DNA from: a virus
Direction: 5' to 3' (one strand)
UHGV virus genome: UHGV-0388909
Length of the DNA: 40,034 bases
This document shows positions 38,173 to 40,034 of this stretch, piece after piece. Within the stretch, counting starts at the first letter, position 1. The number at the start of each line of letters is the position of its first letter. Under the pieces are notes generated by a model. That model was given only the letters and a program-made list of their open reading frames with translations. It ran no database searches and was not told where the DNA came from. The position numbers were made by a program, and so were the translations under genes.

Positions 38173-38485
38173 CGAATTCCTCTTCCTTCATATGCGTTTC
38201 TAATGAGTTAAGCTGGCGGAAAGATATCTCTTTTGATTCTGCAGATGAGAGCTTTTTTATCCGCTTTATATTCTTTGTGATAGGAATAGACATTGTATGC
38301 ACATCAGCGGATGCTCTTGGCTTTGTGCTGATAAAAATATGGCGCAATGCCGCATTTTCACTATTGAACGAGCCAATAGCTGATTTACGTGCTACAACCT
38401 TACCAGTAAAAATACGACTCTTGCTACGCTTTGCATGAGTTCCGCTTCTTACCGGACCTCTCATCACGAATCCAAGTTTTGTCAT
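38159..38485 (-). CDS. Basic small protein with acidic C-terminal tail; candidate antitoxin of the YafO-like gene
   Basis: Upstream and overlapping the toxin candidate by 14 nt; not recognisably Phd/YefM-like. Confidence 0.35.
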   Translation of the reverse strand: MTKLGFVMRGPVRSGTHAKRSKSRIFTGKVVARKSAIGSFNSENAALRHIFISTKPRASADVHTMSIPITKNIKRIKKLSSAESKEISFRQLNSLETHMKEEEFDVFE

Positions 38486-38527
38486 CTTTAATCTCCGGTA
38501 AGTTACAGGTATAAAATAAAAACAGGT

Positions 38528-38542
38528 TTACCTTTAAGGTAA
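38528..38542. promoter_or_regulatory. Perfect palindrome TTACCTTTAAGGTAA over the promoter of the toxin-antitoxin-like operon
   Basis: Same palindrome family; identical to the copy at 39689-39703. Confidence 0.55.
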
Positions 38543-38577
38543 TAGTACGCTATTCACCCACAGTCTGCAATCTGTAC

Positions 38578-38606
38578 AGAATTATTTAAAGGCACATCCC
38601 TGTGCC
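38578..38606 (-). terminator. Terminator after the antirepressor gene
   Basis: Hairpin ggcaca-ggga-tgtgcc on the minus strand followed by U-rich sequence. Confidence 0.55.
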
Positions 38607-38615
38607 GCCGTTCTG

Positions 38616-39326
38616 TCAGAAGAACCCTGCCTTGTCGTTGATGTACTCCGCGTGCGTCTGGATATCACGCAGGCATTTGCTCACACCAACGATGTAGCAG
38701 AACATGGTGGTCAGCTCCGCCGCCGCGCCCGATACGTCGTGCCCGTCTTCCTGTAACTGGTTCAGCAAATTCATCAGCAGTGAGTTCTCCGTCAGGCCGA
38801 GAACACCAGACGGCGAATGAATCAGGCTACGGTAGCCGGGCTTCAGTGGGGCGCTGTAGGTTTTGTTCTCTATCTTCATCGCCTGCATTACTGCTGACGC
38901 CGTGGCGTTGGCTACCTGGTCGGCAACCATCTTTATGCGTTCTTCCTGCGGGAGCGAGTTTTTAATGTAGCTTCCGGTGCGGCGGATCTGAGGAAGAACC
39001 TCACCTGTAACCCATTTACGAAAGCGGTAGGGGATAGTGCCTGGTGTCACTGCGTCGCGGCAGCGGAGGATCAGTGTGTAGAGGCCTGACTCGGAGATGA
39101 TGTTGATCTCTTTTACTCGGCTGTCAAAAATTGCACGATGTTCATGCCCTATGTTGAACATAGACCTTTCATCATCATCCAGTTTTTCAAGTGCTTGGGT
39201 GACGTTTTGGATACGCAGCGCACTACAAACGTCTTGGGCTACAAACCATGGTTGGCCATCGATAATGATGGAACGGATAGGGTTAACAGATTCAAATTTG
39301 AAGATGGAAGTTTGAGCATTAGCCAT
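38616..39326 (-). CDS. Antirepressor with Bro-N domain
   Basis: N-terminal ...IIIDGQPWFVAQDVCSALRI... typical of Bro-N/antirepressor proteins; ATG at 39326 with GGAG; the ORF-track start at 39341 is GTG inside the RBS. Confidence 0.7.
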   Translation of the reverse strand: MANAQTSIFKFESVNPIRSIIIDGQPWFVAQDVCSALRIQNVTQALEKLDDDERSMFNIGHEHRAIFDSRVKEINIISESGLYTLILRCRDAVTPGTIPYRFRKWVTGEVLPQIRRTGSYIKNSLPQEERIKMVADQVANATASAVMQAMKIENKTYSAPLKPGYRSLIHSPSGVLGLTENSLLMNLLNQLQEDGHDVSGAAAELTTMFCYIVGVSKCLRDIQTHAEYINDKAGFF

Positions 39327-39341
39327 GGTGGTTATCTCCAC

Positions 39342-39620
39342 TTAGTGATTTTAATCACCACCGCAACGCCAATTACTGGTGGTGAACTGGACAAGGTTGG
39401 CGTACCGGCCTAAGTGGTACCGGCGTCCTTTCGGACCCCTGCCCAGCCCACCATAATTCGGATATAGCTGTGCTTAACGCATAAAAAAACCACGTCTGGC
39501 GTGGTATGCGCCACTTAGTAACCCGGGACGCCAATCCCGGCACTGGATTTTGCCAGTGCCCGATTACTATGGCACAAGAGGAGTGCGATGTAAATTTACC
39601 GCAAAGGTAATGATAAACGC
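39342..39620 (-). promoter_or_regulatory. Structured 5' leader of the antirepressor gene with three 8-nt elements, an internal terminator hairpin and a palindrome operator (39596-39610)
   Basis: CCACTTAG at 39338-39345 and 39511-39518; complementary CTAAGTGG at 39410-39417; hairpin ccacg-n5-cgtgg plus U7 at 39482-39504. Confidence 0.5.
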
Positions 39621-39688
39621 GAAGAAATATTAAAATCAACCGTATTTGGTTGATTGCGTTTAACGCTTGATCACCTGAAAGCAAGATA

Positions 39689-39703
39689 TTACCTTTAAGG
39701 TAA
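39689..39703. promoter_or_regulatory. Perfect palindrome TTACCTTTAAGGTAA just upstream of the RBS of the junction-spanning gene
   Basis: Same palindrome family. Confidence 0.55.
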
Positions 39704-39723
39704 TGTTATTGTGAGGAAAAGCA

Positions 39724-40034
39724 ATGGAAGTTTTCTGGATAGTTGTTGGTGTGGTTGCGGTGATTATTTACGTTATCAACCAGAACAAGACTAAGATCTC
39801 TGATCGTACGGTCGTTAATCAGAACAAAACGATAAAGACCGAAGATGGGGAGGTAACGATTAGTCGTACACAGGTGATAGAACACACATCTACTCAGTTT
39901 CAAAAAACTGGAGGTAACGCGCCTGATATTTCCGTACCTCCTGCTTATGATAGTGCGGTAATCCAGACATATTATAAACAGCAGGAGTTAGCAAAAGAGA
40001 GGCAACTGATTCAGCCAAAGCCGTTTACAGCTGA
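39724..40034 (+). CDS. N-terminal part (TM anchor plus linker) of the Cys-rich protein continuing at 103-520
   Basis: ATG at 39724 with GAGGA upstream; hydrophobic N-terminus; reading frame continues through the terminal overlap into ORF 23-520. Confidence 0.5.
   Translation, partial: MEVFWIVVGVVAVIIYVINQNKTKISDRTVVNQNKTIKTEDGEVTISRTQVIEHTSTQFQKTGGNAPDISVPPAYDSAVIQTYYKQQELAKERQLIQPKPFTA

Larger units (their letters stand above)
1..40034. mobile_element. Temperate phage genome (complete or nearly so), contig with terminal overlap
   Basis: Contiguous lysis, integration, immunity, replication, packaging and virion modules; 54-bp identical overlap between the two ends. Confidence 0.85.

Noticed and set aside
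38569-38590. Second LexA-box-like sequence (CTGcaatCTGTACAG)
   Set aside because: Spacing does not give CTGT-N8-ACAG in any register.
39373-39684. Minus-strand ORF (103 aa) upstream of the antirepressor gene
   Set aside because: It spans hairpins, a U7-terminated stem-loop and repeated elements and has no RBS; more consistent with a regulatory leader than a protein.
39776-39800. Phase-variable heptanucleotide repeats of the kind found in capsule O-acetyltransferase genes of K1 prophages
   Set aside because: Only a single AAGACT occurrence; no tandem array anywhere in the window.

Overview
The 40,034-bp window reads as the complete genome of a temperate, short-tailed (podovirus-like) enterobacterial phage, written as a linear contig whose ends overlap by 54 bp (49-102 = 39981-40034); the first ~48 nt are an inverted copy of 39945-39992, probably an assembly artefact. 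All calls are from reading the sequence and ORF track; no database search was run. Gene order: a membrane/Cys-rich gene spanning the junction; a small gene behind a LexA box (minus); a 1039-aa tailspike with sialidase-type Asp boxes and a C-terminal chaperone domain; a lysis cassette (two holin-like proteins, GH19-type endolysin, nested Rz/Rz1); candidate attP and tyrosine integrase; a leftward early operon (phosphatase, MT-A70 methylase, excisionase-like, annealing protein, exonuclease); an immunity region (tandem-HTH repressor with no peptidase domain, Cro-like); a rightward early/replication operon with iterons inside the initiator gene; a late operon (terS, terL, an antisense island with tRNA-Arg(UCU), portal, scaffold, capsid, tail and internal virion proteins); and an accessory island (secreted proteins, YafO-like toxin pair, Bro-N antirepressor). 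The most unusual signals are: (1) a 15-bp palindrome TTACC-N5-GGTAA in at least 11 perfect copies, all intergenic, at the immunity region and in front of most transcription units; (2) a structured leader upstream of the antirepressor gene with triplicated 8-nt elements, one complementary to its ribosome-binding site; (3) a LexA box driving a small ORF while the repressor looks non-cleavable; (4) a YafO-like toxin with a non-canonical upstream partner.
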